A stretch of 64,000 bases of DNA from Rubripirellula sp. (GCA_965216875.1 OZ244207.1:3104001-3168000); one strand, 5' to 3'; positions 10,086 through 20,230 are shown, counted from the stretch's first letter. Made by a program: numbers and translations. Notes: generated by a model from the sequence alone, not told the origin.

Positions 10086-10981
10086 GCCGTCGACGCCAAT
10101 CATCCGATCAAGAAGATTCGCTTGACCTTCTGCTCGACACCGTGTCGAACGTTTTTGGCGGCGTCATGTTCCTCACGCTCTTGGCAGCGTTGTTGATCCT
10201 GTCGCGTGGGAGTTCACCCAAACCCGAACCCGAGGAAACCGTCAAGCATCAACCTGACCCCAAGGTCAATGCCGAGCTTGTCCAGACGCAACAACAGCAG
10301 TTTGCCAGCGAACTTGCAGCACTTGAAAAGTCCATTCAGCGTCTCGACCCCAACGGAACAACCTCTCAAAAAGTCGAGCGTCTCGCCAATCTCGAGGCAA
10401 CGGTCAAGCTAGCGCAGAAGCAACACAAGCGTGTCGAGGCAACGGTCACCGATCGTCAAAGCCAACTTGATGACCAGGACGCCGCACAGTCTGACTTAGA
10501 ACAGCAGATCGAAACGCTCACTTCAAAAATTGCCGATGCCTCCGAGGAAATGAAACAAGTGCGTCAGGAGTCGGCGCGCACCGTTCAATTCCGACCGCTG
10601 ACCTCATCACGATCGATGGAGACCGTGATCATTCTTCGCTATGGGCGTTGGTACCTTCTATTCAATGGACCACACGGTGGACTCAATCGACGCGACTTCT
10701 TTGTTCTGCCAGGTGAGGACGGCGTCAAGTCGGTCACGCCCAAACCGCATCGTGGCAACGTCGTCAATGCCGAGACACTGCCGCTGCTAATCCAAAAGAT
10801 TCGCCCCCTCTTTCCACCTCGGCGTTTTCACGTGACCATCGCGGTCTGGGACGATTCCTTCGCCGAATTCAACCCACTCAAAGATGCCTTGAGCGCAGCG
10901 GGCTACAAATACCGAACGCTCCCGTGCGATAGCACATCACGATTGACCAACCAAGCAGCAGTCGACCCATTCGTGCAGTAG
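10082..10981 (+). CDS. Second ExbD/TolR-like single-TM protein with coiled-coil stalk
   Basis: MSRRR...DSLDLLLDTVSNVFGGVMFLTLLAALLI, coiled coil, C-terminal alpha/beta domain. ATGA overlap with the preceding gene. Confidence 0.6.
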   Translation: MSRRRQSSDQEDSLDLLLDTVSNVFGGVMFLTLLAALLILSRGSSPKPEPEETVKHQPDPKVNAELVQTQQQQFASELAALEKSIQRLDPNGTTSQKVERLANLEATVKLAQKQHKRVEATVTDRQSQLDDQDAAQSDLEQQIETLTSKIADASEEMKQVRQESARTVQFRPLTSSRSMETVIILRYGRWYLLFNGPHGGLNRRDFFVLPGEDGVKSVTPKPHRGNVVNAETLPLLIQKIRPLFPPRRFHVTIAVWDDSFAEFNPLKDALSAAGYKYRTLPCDSTSRLTNQAAVDPFVQ

Positions 10982-11036
10982 ATCGCGGTTTCCATCTGTC
11001 GCTTTCGATAACAGAGGAAAGCCACAGAGAACTCCG

Positions 11037-11077
11037 AGGTCACAGAGAAGGCATGAAACCAAATCACTCTGTGACCT
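11037..11077. repeat. 11-bp perfect inverted repeat
   Basis: AGGTCACAGAG (11037-11047) and CTCTGTGACCT (11067-11077). Confidence 0.8.
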
Positions 11078-11094
11078 AGCTTTAGCCCATCATC

Positions 11095-11123
11095 GTCTTC
11101 GTAGTGGACGAGGCAACGAGTCC
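11095..11123 (+). repeat. Solo REP-like element (GTAG family)
   Basis: GTCTTCGTAGTGGACGAGGCAACGAGTCC, identical to the unit of the array at 29321-29473. Confidence 0.85.
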
Positions 11124-11178
11124 CTTTCGATCACCCCATCTTGACTCTTTGCCCTGTTGCTGGCTCTCGATAGTCTTA

Positions 11179-11260
11179 GACAAAAAGATGGGGGACAGAA
11201 AAATGAAAGCCGATACCCCAACGACTAGGCTCCATCTTTTTGTCCTTCATTTTTCTGTCC
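11179..11260. repeat. Double inverted-repeat element (MITE/REP-like)
   Basis: GACAAAAAGATG (11179) pairs with CATCTTTTTGTC (11233); GGACAGAAAAATG (11193) pairs with CATTTTTCTGTCC (11248). Confidence 0.8.
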
Positions 11261-11316
11261 CTCTTTCCTGATCGCGCGGAACAGTAACTGTCCAGAGCGC
11301 AGGACGATCGGGCAGG

Positions 11317-12846
11317 TCATGACGGGTGCAGCTCGGTCAAGAATTGATTTGCCGTCGCGAGATGCTGCTCACGTTTCACGGCATCCATCTTCTCGGCCAT
11401 CCGGCACATCATTGCCCAACGCGGGTTCTTGCCGAGTTCTTTTCGGTGGTTCCAGATCCAGCGCCAATAGAGTCCGTCCCAGGCGTCGCACCACGGCCCC
11501 TTGGCATAGTGACTCATCTTTCGCACGTACGATGAACCGCTGAAATAGGGTTTCGTCGTGATCAGCCCGCCATCCGCGTTTTGGCTCATCGCATACACAT
11601 TGGGAACCATCACCCAATCGTAGCTGTCGACGTACATCTCCATAAACCATTTGTAGATTGCGTCCGGCTTGATCTCGCAAAGAAACATGAACCCGCCCAA
11701 TACCATCAGCCGTTCGATGTGATGGCTGTACCCTGTCTCGAGCAAACGCCTGATTGTGTCGTCGACCGGGTCGATGCCCGTGGTCGCATCGTAGAAACAA
11801 TCAGGCATGGCATGTTCGTGTTTCCAATGGTTGCCAGTCCTCATTCGCACGCCGATGTCTTCATAGGTCGCTCGCATGAATTCGCGCCAACCGATGATTT
11901 GCCGAATGAAACCCTCCACTGAGTTGAGGGGAATCGAATGCTGGTCGGCATAGTCCAACGTTTGCCGAACAATACGTTCGGGCGTAAGCAAGCCGATGTT
12001 CAACATCGGTGTCAACACGCTGTGCCAGAGCCAAGACTCACCCTCAACGATCGCATCTTCGTAATCGCCGAATCGTTCAAAGCGATGCTCGAGAAAATGC
12101 TTCAACCATGTTTCCGCATTCTCGTGCGATGTCGGGTAGACCAGTTGCGAAAGCTCACCTGGATGATCGGCGAATCTCTCTTCGACATACTCGCGAGCAT
12201 CAAGCTCGAACGCGTCATGGGGTACGATCCAATTGGGCGGAATTTCATTCAACAATCGCTTCGGGACTTTTTTTCGATTCTCGTCGTCGAAACTCCAGCG
12301 ACCTCCAACAGGGCCGCCTACTTCATCCAGCAGAATGCCCAAACGTGTGCGTTGCCATTTGTAGAAGTCGGCCATCGCCCAACGTTTCTTGCCCGCACGG
12401 TAAGTTTCGTTCTGCTCTCGCTGGTTGAGGAAACTCGGGTTGGGCAATAGCCGCAGCTTCAACCCGAGGTGTTCACATTGTTGTCGAAGTCGCTTTTCGG
12501 CAACGAAATCGGTTGGATCCACCACAGCGATCTCTCCGCCTGCATTTTCCAGCTCATCCTTCAGGATGGATCCGAGCGTATCGCCCGGATTGTAGTCGGC
12601 GTAGAAAACTGAATACCCGTCATCACTGAGCCCCTTTGCGAAGCGTTTCATCGTCGCGCGGTGCAGCCAAAGCTTTTGCTGATGGAATTTCGCTGGGTAA
12701 CGCTGATCCCCGAAAAAGAGCGGATGCTCCCAAAGCAGTACGCGATCGGGTTTGAATGCCAGCCCTGGATGGTCTCGGAAGAGCTGGTGGGGCAATACGA
12801 GTAGGAGCACAGTGGCCTCGTCAGGGTGAATTGCTTGCGACGCCAT
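11317..12846 (-). CDS. Cryptochrome/photolyase family protein, prokaryotic (6-4) photolyase (CryPro/FeS-BCP-related) type
   Basis: LVLPHQLF, H.QKL..HRA.M, GGRWSFD..NR, EGFIRQIIGWRE, YSHHIERLM, YVDSYDWVM.PN and TKPY motifs. Confidence 0.9.
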   Translation of the reverse strand: MASQAIHPDEATVLLLVLPHQLFRDHPGLAFKPDRVLLWEHPLFFGDQRYPAKFHQQKLWLHRATMKRFAKGLSDDGYSVFYADYNPGDTLGSILKDELENAGGEIAVVDPTDFVAEKRLRQQCEHLGLKLRLLPNPSFLNQREQNETYRAGKKRWAMADFYKWQRTRLGILLDEVGGPVGGRWSFDDENRKKVPKRLLNEIPPNWIVPHDAFELDAREYVEERFADHPGELSQLVYPTSHENAETWLKHFLEHRFERFGDYEDAIVEGESWLWHSVLTPMLNIGLLTPERIVRQTLDYADQHSIPLNSVEGFIRQIIGWREFMRATYEDIGVRMRTGNHWKHEHAMPDCFYDATTGIDPVDDTIRRLLETGYSHHIERLMVLGGFMFLCEIKPDAIYKWFMEMYVDSYDWVMVPNVYAMSQNADGGLITTKPYFSGSSYVRKMSHYAKGPWCDAWDGLYWRWIWNHRKELGKNPRWAMMCRMAEKMDAVKREQHLATANQFLTELHPS

Positions 12847-12936
12847 AGTTTAGGTGGGCGAATAGCCCGCGATTTGCGACGATTTGCCAAATTCCTAGAG
12901 TGCTTTACATCATCAATGCTCTACGCGGGACCACCT

Positions 12937-13386
12937 ATGTCACAATTCGCCACCTGGGCTCTGCTCATTCAACTTGCAACCACATTAGCGATGGTGGGCT
13001 TGATTTGGTTTGTCCAGGTTGTTCACTACCCGCTATTCTCGCGAGTCGGCGAGTCCGAATTCAAGCAATACGAAGTGGACCACCAACGCCTGACCACTTT
13101 GGTCGTCGGACCGCTCATGTTGCTCGAACTCGCATCGGCCGCGTTCCTCGTGTGGGAAAACCCGACCGCGATCAGCTCAGGCATCGTTTGGTCTGGCCTG
13201 CTGTTGCTGCTGTCAATTTGGGCCGTTACCTACGCGGTCCAAGTACCTCAACACATGATCCTGACTGAAGCGTATGACGCCGCCGTCCAAAAGAAACTTG
13301 TGCTCGGGAACTGGTATCGCACGATCGCCTGGTCGGCGCGAGGTGGTCTTCTGCTGTTCGCCGTTTCACAGGTGATCAAACCGTAA
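12937..13386 (+). CDS. Four-TM hypothetical membrane protein
   Basis: GLIWFVQVVHYPLF, VQVPQH and NWYRT motifs with hydrophobic helices. Start set at MSQFATW. Confidence 0.75.
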   Translation: MSQFATWALLIQLATTLAMVGLIWFVQVVHYPLFSRVGESEFKQYEVDHQRLTTLVVGPLMLLELASAAFLVWENPTAISSGIVWSGLLLLLSIWAVTYAVQVPQHMILTEAYDAAVQKKLVLGNWYRTIAWSARGGLLLFAVSQVIKP

Positions 13387-13394
13387 GCGCAATA

Positions 13395-13426
13395 AGAAAA
13401 CGCGGCCACAGGGACGTGACCGCGTT
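13395..13426 (-). terminator. Rho-independent terminator between convergent genes
   Basis: On the minus strand AACGCGGTCAC-GTCCCT-GTGGCCGCGTT followed by TTCTTATT. Confidence 0.65.
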
Positions 13427-13442
13427 AAAGTAACGACGCTAG

Positions 13443-13465
13443 TTTCGCGGAGCGAAAGGCGACAA
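13443..13465. repeat. Dispersed repeat TTTCGCGGAGCGAAWGGCGACA, copy 1
   Basis: Near-identical copy at 63548-63569. Both copies are intergenic. Confidence 0.75.
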
Positions 13466-13476
13466 TAAGAAGGGGA

Positions 13477-14184
13477 CTACAGTTCTCGGATTTGGATGTT
13501 GCGCCACGCGACGTCGAAAGGACCGGTGCCAGCCTTGATGCCGTGAACCTGCAATCCGATGTGTCCCTTCGGATGCGATTTGTAGATCACGTCGTGCGTC
13601 AAATCAGCAACAGGATTACCATTGATCCAAGTTTGGATACGTGGGCCTTTCGCGAGAATTCGAATCTCGTTCCACTCACCGTTTTTCATGTGTTCGTGTG
13701 CATGGCCCTTCTCTTGTGGCTCCGGCGAAAGCCATCCGAGTCCGGTTGCCTCGCCGTAGATGTATGCCGACTGTCCAGGGCTCGCTTCGATTTCGACCTG
13801 AGGACCAAAGAAACGGCCAAGCTGACCGTGCCGGTTCTTTTTACCAGACTTGGTCGCTTCCGCTTCGAGATCTTCTTTGGTCTTTCCGCGCGATCGAATC
13901 TGACAGCCTGAGTTCAGCTTGTCATGCACTTTGACTTCGAACTTCAATTCAAAGTCGCCGTATTGATTGTCCGAAGCCAAGAACGAATTCGGGCTTCCTT
14001 CGACCGTCTTGCCGTAGATCGTGCCGTCAACCACTTTGTATTCGGCATTACCATGCTCGGCTTGATGCCAACCATCCAACGTCTTGCCATCGAAAATGGA
14101 AACGAAACCTTCTTCGGCGGACAAAAACGATGGCATTGCAATGCATGCCGAAACGAACAGCATGCGTGTAAACGATTGATTCAC
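13477..14184 (-). CDS. DUF1080 (3-keto-disaccharide hydrolase family) secreted protein
   Basis: IFDGKTLDGW, YGDFEL, NSGCQIRS, GEWN and GHIGLQVH...WRNI motifs. GTG start at 14184 with GGAG RBS. Confidence 0.9.
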   Translation of the reverse strand: MNQSFTRMLFVSACIAMPSFLSAEEGFVSIFDGKTLDGWHQAEHGNAEYKVVDGTIYGKTVEGSPNSFLASDNQYGDFELKFEVKVHDKLNSGCQIRSRGKTKEDLEAEATKSGKKNRHGQLGRFFGPQVEIEASPGQSAYIYGEATGLGWLSPEPQEKGHAHEHMKNGEWNEIRILAKGPRIQTWINGNPVADLTHDVIYKSHPKGHIGLQVHGIKAGTGPFDVAWRNIQIREL

Positions 14185-14251
14185 AAATAGTCTCCGTGGT
14201 GGGATTCGGGTGGGGTGGGATTCAGGTGGGGTGGATTCTGGCGGGGGAGGA

Positions 14252-15553
14252 TTAGGCCCAATCACGTTGCGGTCGACGAATCAGGCGGTTGGCCTCGTCA
14301 TCGTCAAAGGTCTCGGTTTTCGGGTCGATCGTTAATTTGCGTCCCAAGATCCATGACAATGCGGCTGCATGAGAAGCAATGTGCGACCGACGCATCACGG
14401 TTTGGTTACAAACCGGCATTTCTCGGGTCTTCACGCAATCGAAAAAGTTCCGGGCATGAGCCGAGACGTCCAATCCGCGCACGCGTTTGGTTTGCTGGAT
14501 GTCCAGGTTAACCGAATCGGGCTTGAACACAATCTCGCCACTGTCACCCGTTTCTACCGAGGCTTCCTCGCCTTCGAAGCGTACCGGACACGTTCCCAGT
14601 CGCGTGATCCACCGAGGGCCGCGATTACCAAACGGGTCTTTCAGGAAATCGATCACCAGCTCGACCCCATTTTCGTAGCTGCAGACGATGTTCTTGTCGT
14701 TCGCGTCGTAGGTCAGCGGCATGGTGTCGTCGGCGCCATTTGCCCACTGACAAAGGTCGACGGTGTGGGCCCCCCAGTCGAGCAATCGTGCGCCGGAATC
14801 AAAATCGTGATAGCCGCGCCAGCGCCCATGAACATACTTCTCGTTGTAGGGTCGCCAGGGGGCTGGCCCAAGCCAAAGGTTCCAGTCGCAAATCTCTTTC
14901 GGAGGCGTTTTTTCGCCGGGCAACCACGCATTGTCGAGTGTTGGCATGTAGACGGTCGCATAAAGCGTCTTGAGCGGACCAAGTTTGCCGGTTTGCGCAA
15001 GCGCTGCGGCCGCTTGAAAGTTCGGGACGCTTCGCCGCTGTGTCCCAGCCTGGAACACGCGGCCGGTGCGAGTGAACGTCTCTGCCAAGTCCTGGCAATC
15101 ACCGATCGTGATCCCACAGGGCTTCTCGCTGTAGACGTCTTTTCCCGCTTCCGCAGCAAGCATCGACGCCTTGGCATGCCAACGATCTCCCGTCGCAACG
15201 ATCACGGTATCGATATCGTCTCGGGCAAGCATCTCTCGAAAGTCACGATACAACGCACAGTCGTTATTGCCATAATGGCCATCGACAAGAGCCTTGCCGG
15301 CATCTCGGCGTGTTTTCTGGACATCTGAAATCGCAACACACTGAACATCCTTCAGCTGCAGCATCGATTTGAGATCATAGGTGCAACGCGGGCCGATGCC
15401 GACAACACCGAGCGTCAGCTTTTCGGACGGAGCGACGCTGTCGCCAGCCCCGAAAGCCTTCGATGAAACAAAGTAGGGAGCAACACCGGTGGCGGCCGCT
15501 GCCGAAAGAAAACGGCGCCGATTTGGCTTTGATGGGAAGGAGCCCTTTTGCAC
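14252..15553 (-). CDS. Gfo/Idh/MocA family oxidoreductase with Tat signal
   Basis: NRRRFL twin-arginine motif, plus ATGDRWH, YSEKP, QAGTQRRS, WNLWLGPAP and DWGAH. GTG start at 15553 with GAGG RBS. Confidence 0.9.
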   Translation of the reverse strand: MQKGSFPSKPNRRRFLSAAAATGVAPYFVSSKAFGAGDSVAPSEKLTLGVVGIGPRCTYDLKSMLQLKDVQCVAISDVQKTRRDAGKALVDGHYGNNDCALYRDFREMLARDDIDTVIVATGDRWHAKASMLAAEAGKDVYSEKPCGITIGDCQDLAETFTRTGRVFQAGTQRRSVPNFQAAAALAQTGKLGPLKTLYATVYMPTLDNAWLPGEKTPPKEICDWNLWLGPAPWRPYNEKYVHGRWRGYHDFDSGARLLDWGAHTVDLCQWANGADDTMPLTYDANDKNIVCSYENGVELVIDFLKDPFGNRGPRWITRLGTCPVRFEGEEASVETGDSGEIVFKPDSVNLDIQQTKRVRGLDVSAHARNFFDCVKTREMPVCNQTVMRRSHIASHAAALSWILGRKLTIDPKTETFDDDEANRLIRRPQRDWA

Positions 15554-15667
15554 GGCGAAAGTCCTCGCTAAAAGGAGAGATCGAGCCTGTCGAATGAGCA
15601 GGTTTGAGGCGGGGTGATTTCCCACCATCCTAACAGAACCGATGCGCCCGTTCACGCTTGAGGCAAA

Positions 15668-16312
15668 ATGACACTCCGTGATCAATTTCACAGTCTGCTC
15701 GACCAGCAAGACGCAATTCAATCGATCGATTCCGTCCTTTGGATTCAGCTAGCCGAAGCTGCCAAAGATCCATCGCACCCGTGGAATGAAGGATGCTTTG
15801 CATCGGTCGACGCGGCAAACCCATCATCGCCCATTCCTCAAGTTCGCACAGTGATCCTTCGCAATGCGAACGCCACATCACGAACGATCGATTTTTTCAC
15901 CGACTGTCGCAGCAAAAAGATCGAAGAACTTGCCTCCGTTGGTGTCCACGCCGCGGCGAGCTGGCTCTTCTACGATTCGACCTCAAAGATCCAACTTCGA
16001 ATCGTCGGTCGAACGGAAGTGATCGACGGCCCCGAAGCGGATGAAGCATGGAACGCGACACCCCTGTTTCGACGAGCCGCCTATTTGTCGCTCGCGACGC
16101 CGGGAACGATCAGCGATGCAGGCGATCCCCCCGACACCAGCGATCGCCAGGTCTCTCAAGCCGAATCCGAACGCGGGCGGGAGAATTTTCGCATCGTTCG
16201 CACCGCGGTCGAAGAAATCGACTGGCTTTATCTACGCGATGAAGGCCACGTGCGAGCGCGATTCGAGTACGCGCCAGACGGTACATTCTTATGTCGTTGG
16301 ATCGTTCCCTAA
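15668..16312 (+). CDS. Pyridoxamine 5'-phosphate oxidase-related FMN-binding protein
   Basis: PQVRTVILR, FFTDCRSKK, WLFYD...QLR and DWLYL...GH.RA motifs. Confidence 0.85.
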   Translation: MTLRDQFHSLLDQQDAIQSIDSVLWIQLAEAAKDPSHPWNEGCFASVDAANPSSPIPQVRTVILRNANATSRTIDFFTDCRSKKIEELASVGVHAAASWLFYDSTSKIQLRIVGRTEVIDGPEADEAWNATPLFRRAAYLSLATPGTISDAGDPPDTSDRQVSQAESERGRENFRIVRTAVEEIDWLYLRDEGHVRARFEYAPDGTFLCRWIVP

Positions 16313-16357
16313 CGCACCAGCAAGAGACCACCTACATTCCCCCGACGAGGAATCGAC

Positions 16358-17311
16358 ATGTCGCGCGAGACCAACGCCGAAAAGGTCGCACGTTTCCAGG
16401 AAGCTCTCGATCAATTTGTCGAGCGTCTCGCTGACGACCGCTATGTCTTGGCCGTCGTCCTGGTCGGTAGTTTAAGTGAAGAAACCGTTTGGGAACGTGA
16501 AGGGCTTGGACTTTGGATCATCGAAGCTGACGGCGTTAGTAAGCGTCTTCGCAGTGACGGTAAAGACGAACGCATCTTCCGGATTCTGGTCGAGGAAGGC
16601 ATCAACGTCTACGCCGAAGTGATTCCACGATCACGTTTCAAGCAGATGGTCGAGGGTTCGTCGCGAACTGCTTTCTCGTGCAACTTTTTTGCGCACCGAC
16701 AACTCATTCATTCGACCGACCCGTCGATCGATCAATGGTTCGAAACAGCCAAAACGGTCGCAACCAAAGACAAAGAAAAAGAACTGCTCACCTTTACGAC
16801 TTGGACGATTCACGCCCATCGCCACGCCAAACGTCGTCTGGAGATCAAAGAGGACCTTGACCTCGCGCGAGAAGAGGTTCTCGAGGCGGCTCACAGTGTT
16901 GCCCACACCGAGATCATCCGCGCCGGAGAGGTCTGGGAACGAGAAGTCATCTACCGCGCAATCGATTTGAAACCTGAGCTGTTTCAAACGATCTACCTTG
17001 ACGTTCTTTCCAAACGCAAAAGCAAGAAGGTCCTCGCTTTGGCGCTCGACGCGGTTGGCGATTACGTTGACCAACACTACCAAGAACACCTCAAGCCACT
17101 GCTCATGTTTCTCAAGTCCCAAAACCGAGTTGTCGGCCTCTCCGAGATCAGTGACCACTTTGCATTTTCGCAGCTCTATCCTTGGCACTTGGTTTCAGCC
17201 TGCGACTGGCTCGACGAGAAAGGGCATCTCGAAAAGCTTTCGTCGCCCTTCACGTTAACCAAACGCAGCAACGACGATGTCGAAGAACCTGCCTATTTCA
17301 TGGACGTCTGA
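16358..17311 (+). CDS. Nucleotidyltransferase-fold protein with C-terminal winged-helix-like region, catalytic acids apparently lost
   Basis: [12 protein letters not shown] motif, with the expected DxD reading EGLGL. C-terminal SEISDHF...[12 protein letters not shown]. Confidence 0.55.
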   Translation: MSRETNAEKVARFQEALDQFVERLADDRYVLAVVLVGSLSEETVWEREGLGLWIIEADGVSKRLRSDGKDERIFRILVEEGINVYAEVIPRSRFKQMVEGSSRTAFSCNFFAHRQLIHSTDPSIDQWFETAKTVATKDKEKELLTFTTWTIHAHRHAKRRLEIKEDLDLAREEVLEAAHSVAHTEIIRAGEVWEREVIYRAIDLKPELFQTIYLDVLSKRKSKKVLALALDAVGDYVDQHYQEHLKPLLMFLKSQNRVVGLSEISDHFAFSQLYPWHLVSACDWLDEKGHLEKLSSPFTLTKRSNDDVEEPAYFMDV

Positions 17312-17368
17312 TCGCACGCCACGCGACTCGCACCCGCCTGTTTCGCAACCAAGATATCGAGCCAATTG

Positions 17369-20230
17369 ATGAGAACGACCATCGAAGTCCGGGGCGCCCG
17401 CGAGAACAACCTCCGCGACGTGGACGTCGAAATCCCCCGCGACAAACTGATTGTCGTCACCGGCGTGAGCGGCTCGGGCAAGTCTTCGCTTGCGTTTGAT
17501 ACGGTGTATGCAGAAGGACAACGCCGCCTGCTTGCATCCATGTCAACCTACGCAAAGCGTTTCATCGGGCAATTGAAAAAGCCCGATGTCGATTTCGTCA
17601 ATGGACTCTCTCCCGTCGTTTCCATCGACCAAAAAACGGTCGGTGCCAATCCGCGATCGACCGTCGGCACGATGACCGACATTTCAGACTACCTGCGAAT
17701 GCTGTTTGCGACCATGGGCACACCCCATTGCCCACGCTGTGAACAACCGATCGCAATCCGAACCGCCTACCAGATGGCCGAACGTTTGTTGTCACTGCCC
17801 AAGGGGACCGAGGTCGAAGTGCGGGCACCGGTCTACAAAATCTACGGTGAAGACTACGAATACCTGTTCGAGCAAATCCGAGTGAACGGCTACCGCCGAG
17901 CACGCATCAACGGCGAACCGGTCGACTTGGGCGACAACATTGAAATCGACGAGGACGAACAGCATGAGATCGAAGCAATTGTTGATTCGTTTGTGATTCA
18001 GCCAGGCATCGATCACCAACTTGTCACCTCTCTCGAGCATGGTTTGAAGCTGGGCGATGGGTTGATCAGTTTTCACGTCACCAAGCCCAAACGTGCCAGC
18101 GCGGCGATCAAGAAGTTCTACGATGGTTTTGGCTGCAGCAAACATCGGCTCGTCGCGGGGGAAATGAATCAAGCTCAATTCACTTTTAATGATCCCTCGG
18201 GCGCGTGTCCCACTTGCGCCGGAATCGGCACGGCGATGCGTGTGCACCCTAAATTGCTGGTTCCCGATCCCACGCGATCGCTCAGTGAAGGTGCGTTCGT
18301 GAAAGCGGCGATGAACAACAACCGCGATAGCTGGGGCGGCCGTTTGCTTCACAGCCTCTCGGCGCACTACGGCTTCAGCCTTGATGCCCCGTTCGAATCG
18401 CTCGCCCAAGAACATGTCGACATCCTGCTTTATGGCACCAAAGGTGAAAAGTTCAAGGTCGTCCTGCCGCCGAAGGCAAAGCAGGGCAAACAGCACGCCG
18501 GGAAAGAAATCAAGTTCAACGGCATCGTGAACCAGCTGGAGCATCACTATCACTGGTACCGCAAACAGGGCACGTCGAGCGCCGGCATGGAAGACTACCT
18601 CAAGAAGGTCATGGTCGAATACGATTGCCCAGAATGTGGCGGCGCCCGACTCAAACGCTCTCGGCGGCTCGTCAACGTGAACGACCAAAGCCTGTACCAA
18701 ATCGGTGAAATGCATTTGGTCGAACTGCTGCGATACCTCAAGACGATCAAGCCAAAAGCGAAGCACAAAGCCGTCGCACAAACCATTCTGAAAGAAGTGA
18801 CGACGCGTCTCGAACTACTGATCGCGATCGGGTTGGACTACCTCAATCTCAATCGCGGATCGTCGACGCTCTCGGGTGGCGAATCGCAACGGATTCGCTT
18901 GTCATCTCAGATCGGATCGGGATTGATGGGGATGCTTTACGTCTTGGACGAACCGAGTATCGGCTTGCATCCGAAAGACAACGTCAAGATGATCGACACC
19001 CTCAAACGGCTGCGCGACCTTGGCAACACGGTGATTGTGGTCGAACACGATTCGGACACCATCCAGGCGGCGGACCACATCGTCGAAATCGGCCCCGGCC
19101 CGGGCGTTCACGGAGGACAAGTCGTCGTCGACGGACCGCTCAAAACCATACTGAAGGACAAAACCTCAACGACTGGCGATTATCTGAGCGGGCGGAGGTC
19201 GATCGGTGTGCCGGCGCAGCGTCGGCCATCGTGCGGAGAATTCATTAGCGTCCTTGGCGCCCGGCACAACAATCTCAAGAACGTCGATGTCGACATTCCC
19301 TTGCGACAATTCGTCTGCGTGACCGGCGCATCGGGCTCCGGCAAGAGCTCGCTCGTCCACGAGGTGATTCAAAAGAAACTGGTCAGTCTGCTGCACGATA
19401 GCCGTGTCCTTTCGGGCGCGCATGACGAGTTGACCGGTGACCAATACGTTTCGGACGTCATCAACATCGATCAGGCACCGATCGGTCGCTCATCCCGATC
19501 CAACCCAGCCACCTACATCGGAATCTACGATGCGATCCGCAAGCTGTTCGCAGAAACCGAAGAATCAAAACGGCGTGGGTTCACAGCGTCCACATTCAGC
19601 TTCAACGTCAAAGGTGGTCGCTGCGAAGAGTGTTCGGGCGAAGGCACCATCACCACGCAACTGTCGTTCATGCCCGACGTCGAGGTGACATGCCCGACCT
19701 GCAAAGGTGCTCGCTACGACTCCGACACACTCGAAGTCGAATACCGCGGCAAGAATATCGCAGACATTCTCGAGATGTCGATCGAAGAAGGTGTCGAGTT
19801 CTTTGCCGAGCAAAAAACGATTGCTCGGAAGATTGGGACAATGAATGAGCTTGGCCTCGGATACCTGACACTTGGACATGCATCCACCATCCTTTCGGGC
19901 GGTGAAGCACAACGCGTCAAACTCGCTGCCGAATTGGGCAAACTCAAACGAGGGAAACACAACCTCTACATCTTGGATGAACCAACGACGGGCCTGCATT
20001 TCGCTGACATCGACCGTTTGCTGGACAGCCTCAATCGGTTGGTCGACAATGGGCACAGCGTGGTCGTGATCGAGCACAACTTGGATGTCATCAAGACAGC
20101 CGACTTCGTGATCGACCTCGGTCCCGAAGGTGGGCACAAAGGGGGCGAGCTGATCGTTGCCGGCACACCAGAAGAAGTCGCGGCGTGCAAGAAATCGCAT
20201 ACCGGGCGTTTCCTGGCCGAATACGTTTGA
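17369..20230 (+). CDS. uvrA: Excinuclease ABC subunit A homolog
   Basis: GARENNL, two Walker A motifs ([18 protein letters not shown]), LSGGESQR and [13 protein letters not shown] and LDEPT, Zn-finger CxxC pairs, RSNPATY. Confidence 0.95.
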   Translation: MRTTIEVRGARENNLRDVDVEIPRDKLIVVTGVSGSGKSSLAFDTVYAEGQRRLLASMSTYAKRFIGQLKKPDVDFVNGLSPVVSIDQKTVGANPRSTVGTMTDISDYLRMLFATMGTPHCPRCEQPIAIRTAYQMAERLLSLPKGTEVEVRAPVYKIYGEDYEYLFEQIRVNGYRRARINGEPVDLGDNIEIDEDEQHEIEAIVDSFVIQPGIDHQLVTSLEHGLKLGDGLISFHVTKPKRASAAIKKFYDGFGCSKHRLVAGEMNQAQFTFNDPSGACPTCAGIGTAMRVHPKLLVPDPTRSLSEGAFVKAAMNNNRDSWGGRLLHSLSAHYGFSLDAPFESLAQEHVDILLYGTKGEKFKVVLPPKAKQGKQHAGKEIKFNGIVNQLEHHYHWYRKQGTSSAGMEDYLKKVMVEYDCPECGGARLKRSRRLVNVNDQSLYQIGEMHLVELLRYLKTIKPKAKHKAVAQTILKEVTTRLELLIAIGLDYLNLNRGSSTLSGGESQRIRLSSQIGSGLMGMLYVLDEPSIGLHPKDNVKMIDTLKRLRDLGNTVIVVEHDSDTIQAADHIVEIGPGPGVHGGQVVVDGPLKTILKDKTSTTGDYLSGRRSIGVPAQRRPSCGEFISVLGARHNNLKNVDVDIPLRQFVCVTGASGSGKSSLVHEVIQKKLVSLLHDSRVLSGAHDELTGDQYVSDVINIDQAPIGRSSRSNPATYIGIYDAIRKLFAETEESKRRGFTASTFSFNVKGGRCEECSGEGTITTQLSFMPDVEVTCPTCKGARYDSDTLEVEYRGKNIADILEMSIEEGVEFFAEQKTIARKIGTMNELGLGYLTLGHASTILSGGEAQRVKLAAELGKLKRGKHNLYILDEPTTGLHFADIDRLLDSLNRLVDNGHSVVVIEHNLDVIKTADFVIDLGPEGGHKGGELIVAGTPEEVAACKKSHTGRFLAEYV

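Noticed and set aside
8327..10981. Zorya defence system or flagellar MotAB
   Set aside because: The channel lacks the long ZorA tail, the partners lack an OmpA-like peptidoglycan-binding domain, and no zorC/D/E or flagellar genes are present.
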